A stretch of DNA of 64,000 nt from a bacterium HR21 (GTDB lineage: Bacteria; Bacteroidota; Ignavibacteria; Kapaibacteriales; HRBIN21): contig BEHX01000005.1 of NCBI GenBank assembly GCA_002898295.1, positions 11,642-75,641 on the forward strand, written 5' to 3'. The notes beneath the pieces were generated by a model, which was given only the letters and a program-made list of their open reading frames with translations, did not search any database and was not told the DNA's origin. Positions 1 to 9,600 of the stretch are shown one piece after another. The position numbers and the translations under genes are program-made. Numbering within the stretch: position 1 is the stretch's first letter; each line of letters begins with the position of its first letter.

Positions 1-1038
1 CTCACTTTGTTGTTCCAGAAGACGCACCTGCTGCTGGAGTAAACGCCGTTGGTGTTCGCTCGAGACAATGGACAGCTGCTGTTCAAGATGCCGCTTCTCA
101 TCGAGCAGCTTCCGATACTGCTGACTCAGCTCCCCTTCATCCCGGTAGGCAAACGCTTCGATCTGCTTTGAGGTCAATTGTTCGGAGCCTGCCCCCAGCC
201 GAACGGCATGCAGCCGGATATCCGTCCCCAGCAGCTGCCGAAGTCGCTCAACGTGCAAGTATGCAATCCCATCGGTGATGAGCAGAATCTCGCTCTGGAC
301 CAGGGCTGGACGGCGCCGAATCTCCTCTGCCGCTGTGACAATTGCCTGTTCCAATGCAGTCCCCTGCCCGACTGCCTGCAGGCGCAGGACTGTCCGCAGA
401 AGGCGCTCAAAAGAGGGCTGGTCATACGCATGGTGAAGCTCACCGGGTTGCACATCGAACGTGCGCAGAAAAATCTCCCCCAGCTCTGCCTGATTCCGCC
501 GGAGGAAGAGATAGGTAATCGCCTTTGCCAACTGGATACGCCAGTGGCTCTGCATTGAGGCAGAGGTGTCGAAGAGCACGTAGACCTTCTGCTTCCGGAT
601 ATCGGGTGCGTAGACATTGCCGTGCGTCTGGTAGCCGTAGACGTGCGGCGGACGCGCCACCGGCATCCAGAGCGAACGCTCCGCCAGCCGATGGTAGAAG
701 ACTTCCTCAGGAAGCAAGAACTGGTGCGGGTAAATGTGTACCACATCCCGGTAGTGGCGAATCAACTCGGCGTCGTACTCTTCAGCGGTGAAGTGCTGCT
801 TTACCGGAGAGGACGCCTCTGCCACGTCGCTGGGCGTTTCTGACTGCTCCAGCCAGAAGAGCGGAGCTAGCCGCTGGGCCAGCGGATGGTCAGGACGTTC
901 GAGCACTCGTGCAATCTCATAGATGGCGGCAAATTCCGCTGGCAAGTGCCTCTCCACTTCGTCGAAAAGTCCGAATTCCTGCATCGTGAGCAGGAACAGC
1001 TCCGCTTCGTCAACCGGTGGTCGGAACCGCTCGTCCAT
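1..1038 (-). CDS. VWA (von Willebrand factor A) domain-containing protein, 3'-partial (C-terminus beyond window start)
   Basis: Minus-strand frame not in ORF track because it runs off the edge; translation reads MDERFRPP...KVYVLFDTSASMQSHWRIQLAKAITYLF... (DxSxS MIDAS-like motif), then a Gln/Leu-rich coiled-coil tail ...EHQRRLLQQQVRLLEQQSE continuing past position 1. An in-frame stop lies just upstream of the ATG at 1038. Confidence 0.7.
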   Translation of the reverse strand, partial: MDERFRPPVDEAELFLLTMQEFGLFDEVERHLPAEFAAIYEIARVLERPDHPLAQRLAPLFWLEQSETPSDVAEASSPVKQHFTAEEYDAELIRHYRDVVHIYPHQFLLPEEVFYHRLAERSLWMPVARPPHVYGYQTHGNVYAPDIRKQKVYVLFDTSASMQSHWRIQLAKAITYLFLRRNQAELGEIFLRTFDVQPGELHHAYDQPSFERLLRTVLRLQAVGQGTALEQAIVTAAEEIRRRPALVQSEILLITDGIAYLHVERLRQLLGTDIRLHAVRLGAGSEQLTSKQIEAFAYRDEGELSQQYRKLLDEKRHLEQQLSIVSSEHQRRLLQQQVRLLEQQSE

Positions 1039-1140
1039 GGCATGACTTTCGATGCGCTCCTAATTTACCATCGCCCAGCTCTTCCCAGAGCGGGAAGCGG
1101 ACGCTAATTTTGCAACGGTTTCCACTGTGCAGAGTTTCTC

Positions 1141-2322
1141 ATGTCTGCTTCCGTCATTGTCTCTGCGGTGCGCACACCGATTGGTGCCTTCCTGGGGTCT
1201 CTCTCAGAGCTTCCAGCCCCTCGCCTGGGCGCGATTGCCATTCGGGAGGCTCTCCACCGCGCAGGGATTGAGCCCGCCATAGTCGATGAGGTCATCATGG
1301 GCAACGTGCTCACTGCCGGGGTGGGACAAGCTCCTGCCCGCCAAGCAGCAATCTTTGCTGGACTGCCCGAGCATGTGCCGTGTATGACCATCAACAAAGT
1401 CTGCGGCAGTGGGCTGAAAGCTGTCATGCTCGCCGACCAAGCTATTCGCTGTGGCGATGCTGAAATTGTCGTTGCCGGCGGACAGGAATCCATGTCGAAC
1501 GCGCCGTACCTTATCCCCAAAGCCCGCACTGGGCTCCGTATGGGCAACGCCCAGCTGATTGACTCGATGATCCATGACGGGCTCTGGGATGTCTACAACC
1601 AATTCCACATGGGGGATGCTGCTGAGCTCTGCGCCCGCACCTGCAACATCAGCCGCGAAGAGCAGGATGAGTATGCTGCCCTGAGCTATCGCCGTGCCCT
1701 GGAAGCACAAGCAAAGGGCTACTTCGCCGACGAAATCGTGCCTGTAACCTACGAACGGGCTAGCGGACAGAGCGTGACCGTTGACACCGATGAGGAGCCC
1801 GGGAAAGTCCGCTTTGAGAAAATTCCGCAGCTCAAGCCGGTTTTTCGCCCGGATGGTACCATCACCGCAGCGAACGCCAGCTCCATTGACGACGGTGCCG
1901 CAGCCCTGGTGGTGATGTCGGAAAAACGGGCAGAGCAGCTCGGCATCCAACCCCTGGCACGCATTGTCGCTCATGGCTCCGTAGCCCAGAAGCCCGAGTG
2001 GTTCACCACTGCGCCCATCGAAGGGATCCGCCGGCTTCTCGCAAAAGCCGGGATGCGCCTGGAGGATATTGACCTTTTCGAAATCAACGAAGCCTTCGCC
2101 GTGGTTGCCCTCATTGCCCAGAAACAGCTCGGTATCCCGCTGGAACGACTCAACATCCACGGTGGAGCTGTCGCTTTAGGACATCCCATCGGCGCTTCGG
2201 GAGCCCGCATCCTCGTTACCCTCCTCCACGCTCTGCGCCGCTATGGGAAGCGCTACGGGGTTGCCGCTATCTGCATCGGCGGTGGCGAAGCCAGTGCCCT
2301 GCTCGTTGAGCGCCTCAGCTAA
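1141..2322 (+). CDS. acetyl-CoA C-acetyltransferase (thiolase II)
   Basis: 393 aa; N-term VIVSAVRTPIGAFLGSL, active-site region NKVCGSGLKAV, C-term GGAVALGHPIGASGARIL...AICIGGGEA are typical of the thiolase family. Confidence 0.9.
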   Translation: MSASVIVSAVRTPIGAFLGSLSELPAPRLGAIAIREALHRAGIEPAIVDEVIMGNVLTAGVGQAPARQAAIFAGLPEHVPCMTINKVCGSGLKAVMLADQAIRCGDAEIVVAGGQESMSNAPYLIPKARTGLRMGNAQLIDSMIHDGLWDVYNQFHMGDAAELCARTCNISREEQDEYAALSYRRALEAQAKGYFADEIVPVTYERASGQSVTVDTDEEPGKVRFEKIPQLKPVFRPDGTITAANASSIDDGAAALVVMSEKRAEQLGIQPLARIVAHGSVAQKPEWFTTAPIEGIRRLLAKAGMRLEDIDLFEINEAFAVVALIAQKQLGIPLERLNIHGGAVALGHPIGASGARILVTLLHALRRYGKRYGVAAICIGGGEASALLVERLS

Positions 2323-2371
2323 TCCCCCGTGCTGCCCGATCGTGGAAGCCCGCAGCAGGCGGGGCAATTCA

Positions 2372-2386
2372 GGACTAAAATAGTCC
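2372..2386. promoter_or_regulatory. perfect 6-bp inverted repeat GGACTAaaaTAGTCC in the sufB upstream region; candidate operator or small hairpin
   Basis: Seen directly in sequence, 56 nt upstream of the sufB ATG in a 119-nt intergenic region; function inferred only. Confidence 0.25.
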
Positions 2387-2441
2387 GCTTTCGCCTTCGT
2401 CCCCGTGCTCGGTCATCAACCCCAGCACTCGGGAACCAACG

Positions 2442-3887
2442 ATGGCAGTGCAGCAGGACGACATTCTCCAGCAGGTCACCAGTGCAGAGTACAAGTACGG
2501 CTTCGTGGCACCGATCGAGGAGGAGATTGCTCCCATCGGGCTCAACGAGGAAATCATCCGCTACATTTGGGAACGCAAAGGCGAGCCGGAGTGGATGCTA
2601 GAGTGGCGCTTGCGGGCTTATCGCCACTGGAAGACGATGCAGGAGCCCCGGTGGGCAAAGGTTGTCTACCCGCCGATTGACTACCAAGGCATCAGCTATT
2701 ACGCTGCTCCGAAAAAGCGCCACGTACGGAGCTTGGACGAAATTGACCCGGAGATCCGCCGTATGTTTGAAAAGCTCGGCATTCCTCTGGAAGAGCAGAA
2801 ACTGCTAGCAGGGGTTGCCGTTGATGCCGTGCTCGATAGTGCGTCGGTCGCAACAACTTTCAAGGAAAAGCTCGCCGAGCTGGGCATCATCTTCTGCTCG
2901 ATGAGTGAAGCCATTCAGAAGTACCCGGAGCTGGTACAGAAGTACCTGGGCTCGGTGGTTCCGTACACGGACAACTTCTTCGCTGCGCTCAATTCTGCGG
3001 TCTTCAGCGATGGCTCCTTCGTCTACGTCCCGCCTGGGGTGCGGTGTCCGATGGAGCTTTCGACCTACTTCCGGATCAATGCGGCTCGGACTGGGCAGTT
3101 TGAGCGCACGCTGATTATTGCCGACGAAGGTTCCTACGTCAGCTACCTGGAGGGCTGCACTGCCCCGATGCGCGATGAACACCAGCTCCACGCTGCCGTA
3201 GTCGAGCTCATCGCCCTCGATGGGGCAGAGATCAAGTACTCCACTGTCCAGAACTGGTACCCTGGCGACCGCGAAGGACGCGGCGGGATTTACAACTTCG
3301 TAACCAAGCGCGGCATTTGCCTGGGCAAGGAGTCGAAGATCTCCTGGACGCAGGTCGAAACCGGCTCGGCAATCACGTGGAAGTACCCGAGCGTGATCCT
3401 GAAAGGCGAGGGAAGTGTCGGGGAATTCTACTCCGTAGCCGTTACGAACAACTTCCAGCAAGCTGACACGGGCACCAAGATGATTCACATCGGGCGGCAT
3501 ACCCGCAGCCGAATTGTCTCCAAGGGAATTGCCGCCGGACGGAGTAGCAACACCTACCGTGGATTGGTCCGCATCCTGCGCAGCGCTGACCACGCTCGCA
3601 ACTACACACAGTGCGACTCCCTCCTCATTGGCAGCTCCTGTGGTGCCCACACGTTTCCATACATCGAGGTGCTCAATCCAACGGCGGTGACCGAGCATGA
3701 AGCCACGACCTCCAAGATCGGCGAGGATATGCTCTTCTACTGCCGGCAGCGGGGCATCTCGGAGGAGGACGCTGTGGCGCTCATCGTCAACGGATATTGC
3801 CGGGAAGTGTTGAGCCACCTGCCGATGGAATTCGCCGTTGAGGCACAGAAATTGCTGGCTATCTCGCTGGAAGGAAGTGTCGGATAA
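2442..3887 (+). CDS. sufB: Fe-S cluster assembly protein SufB
   Basis: 481 aa; highly conserved SufB sequence throughout (e.g. ...[47 protein letters not shown]...). Confidence 0.95.
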   Translation: MAVQQDDILQQVTSAEYKYGFVAPIEEEIAPIGLNEEIIRYIWERKGEPEWMLEWRLRAYRHWKTMQEPRWAKVVYPPIDYQGISYYAAPKKRHVRSLDEIDPEIRRMFEKLGIPLEEQKLLAGVAVDAVLDSASVATTFKEKLAELGIIFCSMSEAIQKYPELVQKYLGSVVPYTDNFFAALNSAVFSDGSFVYVPPGVRCPMELSTYFRINAARTGQFERTLIIADEGSYVSYLEGCTAPMRDEHQLHAAVVELIALDGAEIKYSTVQNWYPGDREGRGGIYNFVTKRGICLGKESKISWTQVETGSAITWKYPSVILKGEGSVGEFYSVAVTNNFQQADTGTKMIHIGRHTRSRIVSKGIAAGRSSNTYRGLVRILRSADHARNYTQCDSLLIGSSCGAHTFPYIEVLNPTAVTEHEATTSKIGEDMLFYCRQRGISEEDAVALIVNGYCREVLSHLPMEFAVEAQKLLAISLEGSVG

Positions 3888-3901
3888 GGCAACAGACCCA
3901 C

Positions 3902-4690
3902 ATGGAACCAATCCTTATCATCCGCAACCTCCGTGTCGCAATCGAAGGCAGAGAAATCCTGCGCGGCGTGAACCTGGAGGTTCGCCCCGGGGAAGTCCAC
4001 GCCATCATGGGTCCCAACGGTTCGGGGAAGAGCACACTGGCCGCTGTCCTTGCCGGACGCGAAGAGTACGAAGTCCTGGAAGGCACCGTGCTCTTCGAGG
4101 GCAAGAACCTCCTGGAGATGGAGCCCGAGGAGCGAGCCCGCGCGGGGCTCTTCCTGGCGTTCCAGTACCCGGTAGAGATTCCCGGGGTGACGATGGCAAC
4201 CTTCCTGCGGACAGCGCTCAACGAAATCCGCAAGGTGCGGGGACTCGAACCACTGGACCCCGTCGCATTTCTGAAGCTTGCTCGTGAGCGCATGGAGTGG
4301 GTGGACATAGACCCGAGCTTCTTGCAGCGCTCCGTCAACGAGGGCTTCTCCGGCGGGGAGAAGAAGCGCAACGAAATCTTCCAGCTCCTTCTTCTGGAGC
4401 CGCGCCTGGCAATCCTGGACGAGACCGACTCCGGGCTGGATATTGACGCCCTCAAAATCGTTGCCTCCGGCGTCAACCGCATGCGTTCTCCGGAGCGTGC
4501 CTTCGTGGTTATCACGCACTACCAGCGCCTGCTCAACTACATCATCCCCGACTTCGTACACGTGCTCTATGACGGGCGCATCGTCCGCTCCGGCGGCAAG
4601 GAGCTAGCGCTGGAGCTGGAAGAGCGCGGCTATGACTGGCTCCGCCCCGACAGTGAGGAGGTAATACTCCCGACTGTGGATGAGCGATGA
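3902..4690 (+). CDS. sufC: Fe-S cluster assembly ATPase SufC
   Basis: 262 aa; Walker [13 protein letters not shown] signature FSGGEKKR, Walker [13 protein letters not shown]. Confidence 0.95.
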   Translation: MEPILIIRNLRVAIEGREILRGVNLEVRPGEVHAIMGPNGSGKSTLAAVLAGREEYEVLEGTVLFEGKNLLEMEPEERARAGLFLAFQYPVEIPGVTMATFLRTALNEIRKVRGLEPLDPVAFLKLARERMEWVDIDPSFLQRSVNEGFSGGEKKRNEIFQLLLLEPRLAILDETDSGLDIDALKIVASGVNRMRSPERAFVVITHYQRLLNYIIPDFVHVLYDGRIVRSGGKELALELEERGYDWLRPDSEEVILPTVDER

Positions 4691-5982
4691 ACGCAGCAGA
4701 GCTGCAGTCCTCTCTGGTTGCGAGCTTCCGGCGTCTGGAGCAGGAGCAGAACCACCGCCCCTGGAGCCCACACCACCCCCTTCGGCGGCGGGCGCTGGAA
4801 GCTTTCCAGCAGCTGGGCTTTCCGACCACACGGCACGAAGACTGGAAGTACACCAGTCTGGCTCCCGTGCTCCGGTATCCGTACCGAGTGGAGCTTCCCC
4901 CGCTGCCAGAACCTGCCGCACTCGGTGCTCAGCTACCGGCACTCCACGGCATGCCGCCAGTTCAGCTCTGGCTCCTCAATGGGCTTGCTCATCCTGAGCA
5001 GCTTCCCGCGCAGGTACGCTTCGCCAGCTTCCAGACTGCCGGGGACTCTGTCCCCGTTGGACACATCTTGCCAGTCGACAGCGAGACCTTCGTTGCCCTC
5101 AACACTGCTTTTGCCCCGGATGTCGCTGTACTCTCCTGGAGAGGGCACGTCCCGGAGCTGTGCCACGTTGCGGTCGTCACCGCTCCGCACGGAGAGCCCC
5201 AGCTGGCTCATCCTCGGCTCAGTATCACGGTCGAGCCACATGCCCGAGCGCACCTCCTGGTGGGCTTCCACACAGCCGGGCAAGCTCCCTGCTTGACGAA
5301 CTTCGTCGCGGAGGTTTCTCTGGCAGAACATGCCCAGCTCGACCTCGTGCTCTGGCAGACAGATCCCCACGATACCTTTCTCATCACCACCATCGGCGTT
5401 GAGCTCGCCCGCTCTGCCCGGCTCCGAGTCTGGACAGTGGCGCTCGGCGGAGCACTGCTGCGGAACAATCTGTATATTCGCCTCGTCGGTCCTGGCGCAG
5501 ATGCCCAATTGTTCGGTGCAACGATGGTAACCGGACGCCAGGTCATAGACCATCGGACACTGGTCGAGCATCGGGTCGAGCAGTGCACGAGCAATCAGCT
5601 CTATAAATCCGTTGCCGAACAGGAGGGGACGGTGACCTTTACTGGACGCATTCACGTCTACCCGGGTGCACAGAAAACGAATGCGTACCAGTCGCACCGT
5701 GCGCTGCTGCTCTCGCCGAAGGCAACCGTCAACGCTCGACCACAGCTAGAGATCTACGCCGACGACGTGCGCTGCACCCATGGCGCCACCACGGGAGCCT
5801 TGGATGAAGATGCACTCTTCTACCTGCGCTCCCGCGGGATTCCGGAAAGCCGTGCACGGGCTCTCCTCCTGCATGCTTTCGTCCACGAAGCCCTGGAACT
5901 CTTGCCGGAAGAGCAGCTGCGCCAGCGCGCCGATGAGCTCATCGCCGAGCGTGCCCATCTCCCAGCAGAGAGCCTGTCATGA
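4687..5982 (+). CDS. sufD: Fe-S cluster assembly protein SufD
   Basis: 431 aa; follows sufC with a 4-nt overlap; C-terminal region ...[33 protein letters not shown]... is SufB/D-family. Confidence 0.85.
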   Translation: MNAAELQSSLVASFRRLEQEQNHRPWSPHHPLRRRALEAFQQLGFPTTRHEDWKYTSLAPVLRYPYRVELPPLPEPAALGAQLPALHGMPPVQLWLLNGLAHPEQLPAQVRFASFQTAGDSVPVGHILPVDSETFVALNTAFAPDVAVLSWRGHVPELCHVAVVTAPHGEPQLAHPRLSITVEPHARAHLLVGFHTAGQAPCLTNFVAEVSLAEHAQLDLVLWQTDPHDTFLITTIGVELARSARLRVWTVALGGALLRNNLYIRLVGPGADAQLFGATMVTGRQVIDHRTLVEHRVEQCTSNQLYKSVAEQEGTVTFTGRIHVYPGAQKTNAYQSHRALLLSPKATVNARPQLEIYADDVRCTHGATTGALDEDALFYLRSRGIPESRARALLLHAFVHEALELLPEEQLRQRADELIAERAHLPAESLS

Positions 5983-7235
5983 CCCCTAACACCGCCGTTC
6001 CAGGTCTGCTCGACCAGGAAGTCGTCGCCCAATGGCGGGAGGATTTCCCCATCTTGCGGCAAACCATCTACGGGAAACCGCTGGCGTACCTGGACAACGC
6101 CGCCACTACGCAGAAACCCCGCTCGGTCATCGAGACAGTGGCGCGCTTCTACACGGAAATCAACAGCAACGTCCACCGGGGCGTCTACTATCTGAGTGAG
6201 CGTGCCACAGAGCTCTACGAAGAAGCTCGGCGCACTGTTCAACGCTTCCTCAATGCCCCGTCTGCCGCGGAAATTGTCTTCGTGCGCGGGACAACAGAAG
6301 CCATCAACCTCGTTGCCCACTGTCTGGGACGAACCCGCTTGCGGGAAGGTTCGGAAATCCTGCTCTCGCAGATGGAGCATCACTCCAACATTGTCCCCTG
6401 GCAGCTGGTGGCAGAACAGACCGGTGCCCATCTGCGGGTCATCCCCATGAACGAGCACGGAGAGCTTGACCTGGAGCAGTACGAGCACCTTCTGACCGAG
6501 CGCACCGCCATTGTCGCCGTAGTCCACGTCTCCAACTCGCTCGGAACCATCAATCCCGTGGCTGAGCTCGTACGCCAAGCCCACGCCCGGGGAATCCCCG
6601 TCTTAGTGGACGGTGCGCAGGCTGTTGCCCATCTCCGCGTTGATGTCCAGGAGCTGGACTGTGATTTCTACGCCTTCTCTGGGCACAAGGTCTACGGTCC
6701 GACAGGCATCGGTGTGCTCTACGCGAAGCGCCGCTGGTTGGAGGAGTTTCCCCCGTACCAGGGTGGCGGGGATATGATCCGGCAGGTCACCTTCGAGCGC
6801 ACTCTCTACAACGAGGTTCCGTACAAATTCGAAGCGGGAACCCCGAACATTGCGGGAGCAATCGGGTTGAAAGCGGCGCTTGACTACGTCAGCGCTCTCG
6901 GCATCGACACCATTGCCACTCACGAGCACGCGCTTCTCCGCTACGCTACCGAGCGCTTGCAAGCCATTCCCGGATTGCGCATCATTGGAACTGCCCGGCA
7001 GAAGGCGGCAATTATCTCCTTTGTCCTCTCCGACATCCACCCGCACGACATTGGCACCTTCCTCGACCGGGAAGGTATCGCCATCCGCGTCGGGCACCAC
7101 TGTACCCAGCCGGTTATGGACTTCTTCGGCGTTCCGGCAACCTCCCGCGCGTCCTTCGCCCTCTACAATACGCCGGAGGAAGTCGACCGGCTCGCCGCGG
7201 CACTGCAGAAAGTTGTGGAGTTCTTCCGGGTCTGA
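5979..7235 (+). CDS. sufS: cysteine desulfurase SufS (class V aminotransferase fold)
   Basis: 418 aa; PLP-lysine region FYAFSGHKVYGPTGIGVLY, C-term RVGHHCTQP; 4-nt overlap with sufD. Confidence 0.9.
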   Translation: MTPNTAVPGLLDQEVVAQWREDFPILRQTIYGKPLAYLDNAATTQKPRSVIETVARFYTEINSNVHRGVYYLSERATELYEEARRTVQRFLNAPSAAEIVFVRGTTEAINLVAHCLGRTRLREGSEILLSQMEHHSNIVPWQLVAEQTGAHLRVIPMNEHGELDLEQYEHLLTERTAIVAVVHVSNSLGTINPVAELVRQAHARGIPVLVDGAQAVAHLRVDVQELDCDFYAFSGHKVYGPTGIGVLYAKRRWLEEFPPYQGGGDMIRQVTFERTLYNEVPYKFEAGTPNIAGAIGLKAALDYVSALGIDTIATHEHALLRYATERLQAIPGLRIIGTARQKAAIISFVLSDIHPHDIGTFLDREGIAIRVGHHCTQPVMDFFGVPATSRASFALYNTPEEVDRLAAALQKVVEFFRV

Positions 7236-7237
7236 CG

Positions 7238-7678
7238 ATGGAGGAGCTGCGCGAGCTGTACCAGCAAATCATCCTGGAGCACTACCGCAACCCTCGCAAC
7301 TTTGGGGAGCTATCCGAAGCCACCCATCGAGCAGAAGGGAATAACCCACTCTGCGGTGACCGTCTGACCGTTGAGCTACGCGTCCTCGGGGACCGCATCG
7401 AGGATATTCGCTTCCGAGGCAGTGGCTGTGCTATTTCCCAAGCTTCCGCTTCCGTCATGACAACCCTGGTCAAAGGGGTCACGGTGGAGGAAGCAGAAGC
7501 GCTCTTTGAGCGCTTCCATCGCATCGTGCTCGGGGAGACCGAGCCCGAGGCGCTTGACCTGCTGGCAGCGTTTGCCGGGGTCCGGGAATTCCCGTCGCGG
7601 GTCAAGTGCGCGACACTGGCTTGGCACACCCTCCGGGCAGCGCTCCACAACGTGGCTGAAGTCGTGACAACGGAGTAG
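7238..7678 (+). CDS. sufU: SufU / NifU-like Fe-S assembly sulfur-acceptor protein
   Basis: 146 aa; HYRNPRNFG...NPLCGD...GSGCAIS... matches the IscU/SufU fold with three conserved Cys. Confidence 0.85.
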   Translation: MEELRELYQQIILEHYRNPRNFGELSEATHRAEGNNPLCGDRLTVELRVLGDRIEDIRFRGSGCAISQASASVMTTLVKGVTVEEAEALFERFHRIVLGETEPEALDLLAAFAGVREFPSRVKCATLAWHTLRAALHNVAEVVTTE

Positions 7679-7688
7679 CAGCGCCAGA

Positions 7689-8396
7689 ATGGGAGAGCCG
7701 CAGGCATCCGACCCCGGATATCGCCTTGCCGTCAGCGCCCTCATCGAAGGGGCAACATCCGAGGACGATATCGTGATCACTCCCCGCGCCTTGGAAGCCC
7801 TGCAGGAGCTCCGCCAGCTGAACCACCTGCCCGAGCACTATGTCGTGCGCATGGGCATTCGGACAGGTCCCACACCTCGGCGCGTGCCCTATACGCTCGG
7901 CTTCGATTCCCAGGTGCGTCCAGATGACTATGAGTTCTCCGTCGGCACTCTCCGGTTCGCCATTGACCGGCGGAGCCTCTTTTACCTGATGGGCATCACG
8001 CTGGACTACACCGAGGGTCCGACCGGACGTGGCTTCCTCTTCCGCGAACCCCGGACAGAGTCCGCCGAACAACGTGCTGAAGAGACTCCGCAGGAAGAGC
8101 TGCGCCGCCGTATCATCGAGGCGTTGAAGACCTGCTACGACCCGGAAATCCCGGTCAACATCTGGGACTTGGGGCTGATCTACCGCATCGAAATCGATCC
8201 GGAGCACAACGTCCGCATCGTCATGACCGTGACGGCACCGGCCTGCCCAGTTGCTGACCTGCTCCCCCGACAAGTCGAGGAAGCAGTCCGCCAGGTACCC
8301 GGTGTCGGCACGGTCACGGTTGAGCTTACCTTCGATCCGCCCTGGCATATGGGCATGATGTCTGAAGCAGCACGGCTCCAGCTTGGCTTGGTGTAA
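7689..8396 (+). CDS. fusion protein: Cys-less HesB/IscA-like (A-type carrier) domain + DUF59/SufT (MIP18) domain
   Basis: 235 aa. The N-term aligns with the downstream SufA (VVRMGIRTGPTPRRVPYTLGFD...FAIDRRSLFYLMGITLDY vs LRMGIRGGGCSGFSYVLGFD...FIDQRSAFYLMGVTLDF) but all three cluster-ligating Cys are replaced. The C-term IIEALKTCYDPEIPVNIWDLGLIY...VTAPACP...TFDPPW is the DUF59/SufT signature. Confidence 0.75.
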   Translation: MGEPQASDPGYRLAVSALIEGATSEDDIVITPRALEALQELRQLNHLPEHYVVRMGIRTGPTPRRVPYTLGFDSQVRPDDYEFSVGTLRFAIDRRSLFYLMGITLDYTEGPTGRGFLFREPRTESAEQRAEETPQEELRRRIIEALKTCYDPEIPVNIWDLGLIYRIEIDPEHNVRIVMTVTAPACPVADLLPRQVEEAVRQVPGVGTVTVELTFDPPWHMGMMSEAARLQLGLV

Positions 8397-8764
8397 TGTG
8401 GCAAGAACTCCATCCGACCATGGCTGAGCAGCATAGCTTGCTCCCCGGCGACGAGCTGGGCAAGACAGCAGAACCCTCGCCCGTGGGAGAAGTTGAGGTT
8501 GTTGTTCGCCTCTACGGTGAGGAGCACTCCTTCCGCATGCGTCCCAACGAGTACATCCTCTACGCCGCTGTAGAGGCAGGGCTGGATGCGCCACACTCCT
8601 GCCTGAGTGGCTACTGCGCAACGTGCCGGGCAAAGCTCGTGGAGGGGCGGGTGCGGATGGAAATCAACGATGCCCTCACCGAGGAAGAAGTTGCCCAGGG
8701 CTATATCCTGACGTGCCAATCTCTTCCGCTGACGGCACGGATCGTCGTAGACTACGACCAGTAA
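8396..8764 (+). CDS. 2Fe-2S ferredoxin (plant/adrenodoxin-like)
   Basis: 122 aa; Cys pattern SCLSGYCATCRAKL...LTCQS. The start overlaps the upstream stop (TAATG); a downstream ATG at 8420 is an alternative start. Confidence 0.8.
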   Translation: MWQELHPTMAEQHSLLPGDELGKTAEPSPVGEVEVVVRLYGEEHSFRMRPNEYILYAAVEAGLDAPHSCLSGYCATCRAKLVEGRVRMEINDALTEEEVAQGYILTCQSLPLTARIVVDYDQ

Positions 8765-8766
8765 CA

Positions 8767-9192
8767 ATGCTGCGCCTGTCTCGACGGGTTGAATACGCTC
8801 TGCTGGCGCTCCAGTACTTGGCACGCCACCACGGGAAGGCTGTCTCTGTCCGGGAAATCGCCCAGGCGTACGGGCTTTCGGGCGAATTCCTGGCGAAAGT
8901 ACTGCAGCAGCTGGCTCGCTCCGGCATTGTCGGCTCACACCATGGCGTCTACGGCGGCTACTTCCTCATGCACCATCCCCGAGCGCTGACGCTCGGAGCT
9001 ATCATTGACGCCGTAGAAGCCCCGTGGACCGGGCTTGTAGAATGCCGCACCGGTGAGGAGCGCTGTGCACTCTTCCTCCACTGCACTATCCGCCATCCCC
9101 TTACCGTCTTAGAGCAGCGATTCCGCTCCATTCTGGATTCTACAACTCTTGCGGAGCTTGTCGAACACCCTGCAGTCCAGCCACTCCCATGA
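8767..9192 (+). CDS. Rrf2-family transcriptional regulator (IscR/SufR-like)
   Basis: 141 aa starting MLRLSRRVEYALLALQYLARH... (Rrf2 wHTH), with Cys residues in the C-terminal half (ECRTGEERCALFLHC). The longer ORF from 8623 is rejected as an out-of-operon extension overlapping fdx. Confidence 0.8.
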   Translation: MLRLSRRVEYALLALQYLARHHGKAVSVREIAQAYGLSGEFLAKVLQQLARSGIVGSHHGVYGGYFLMHHPRALTLGAIIDAVEAPWTGLVECRTGEERCALFLHCTIRHPLTVLEQRFRSILDSTTLAELVEHPAVQPLP

Positions 9193-9575
9193 CGACTGTC
9201 AACGACGTGCATCTCCGCCTGGCTATCGAAGGCGCCGACGAGAGTGACACAATCACCATCACTGCCCGAGCGGTGGAGGAACTGCGGCGCATCCGCCACG
9301 AGCAGAACATCCCAGACCACTACGGGCTGCGGATGGGCATCCGCGGGGGCGGATGCTCCGGCTTCTCCTACGTCTTGGGGTTCGATCCCCAGCCCCGTGC
9401 CGATGACTTCGTGCTCGATGCCGATGGCATCCCCGTCTTCATTGACCAGCGTAGCGCCTTCTATTTGATGGGCGTGACGCTGGACTTCGCCGATGGACTC
9501 CTCCAGCGTGGCTTTACCTTCCGCAACCCCAACGCCGTCCGTACCTGCGGTTGCGGACATTCCTTCGCAGTGTAA
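9189..9575 (+). CDS. sufA: A-type Fe-S carrier SufA/IscA (HesB family)
   Basis: 128 aa; canonical GGGCSGFSY and C-terminal CGCGHSF motifs; 4-nt overlap with rrf2. Confidence 0.85.
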   Translation: MTTVNDVHLRLAIEGADESDTITITARAVEELRRIRHEQNIPDHYGLRMGIRGGGCSGFSYVLGFDPQPRADDFVLDADGIPVFIDQRSAFYLMGVTLDFADGLLQRGFTFRNPNAVRTCGCGHSFAV

Positions 9576-9600
9576 TGTCGGACAATCCAGCGCAGGGACA

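Noticed and set aside
174-746. Track ORFs 174..746(-) and 178..558(+), 622..843(+), 886..1107(+)
   Set aside because: Arg/Ser/Cys-rich low-complexity translations typical of wrong-frame ORFs in high-GC DNA. The real gene is the VWA-domain reading frame on the minus strand (different frame), which carries the DxSxS motif and runs off the window edge.
8623-8766. Long N-terminal extension of the Rrf2 regulator ORF (track start 8623)
   Set aside because: It overlaps the ferredoxin gene in another frame and translates to Gly/Arg-rich sequence. The conserved Rrf2 N-terminus (MLRLSRRVEYALLAL) begins at 8767, 3 nt after the fdx stop.
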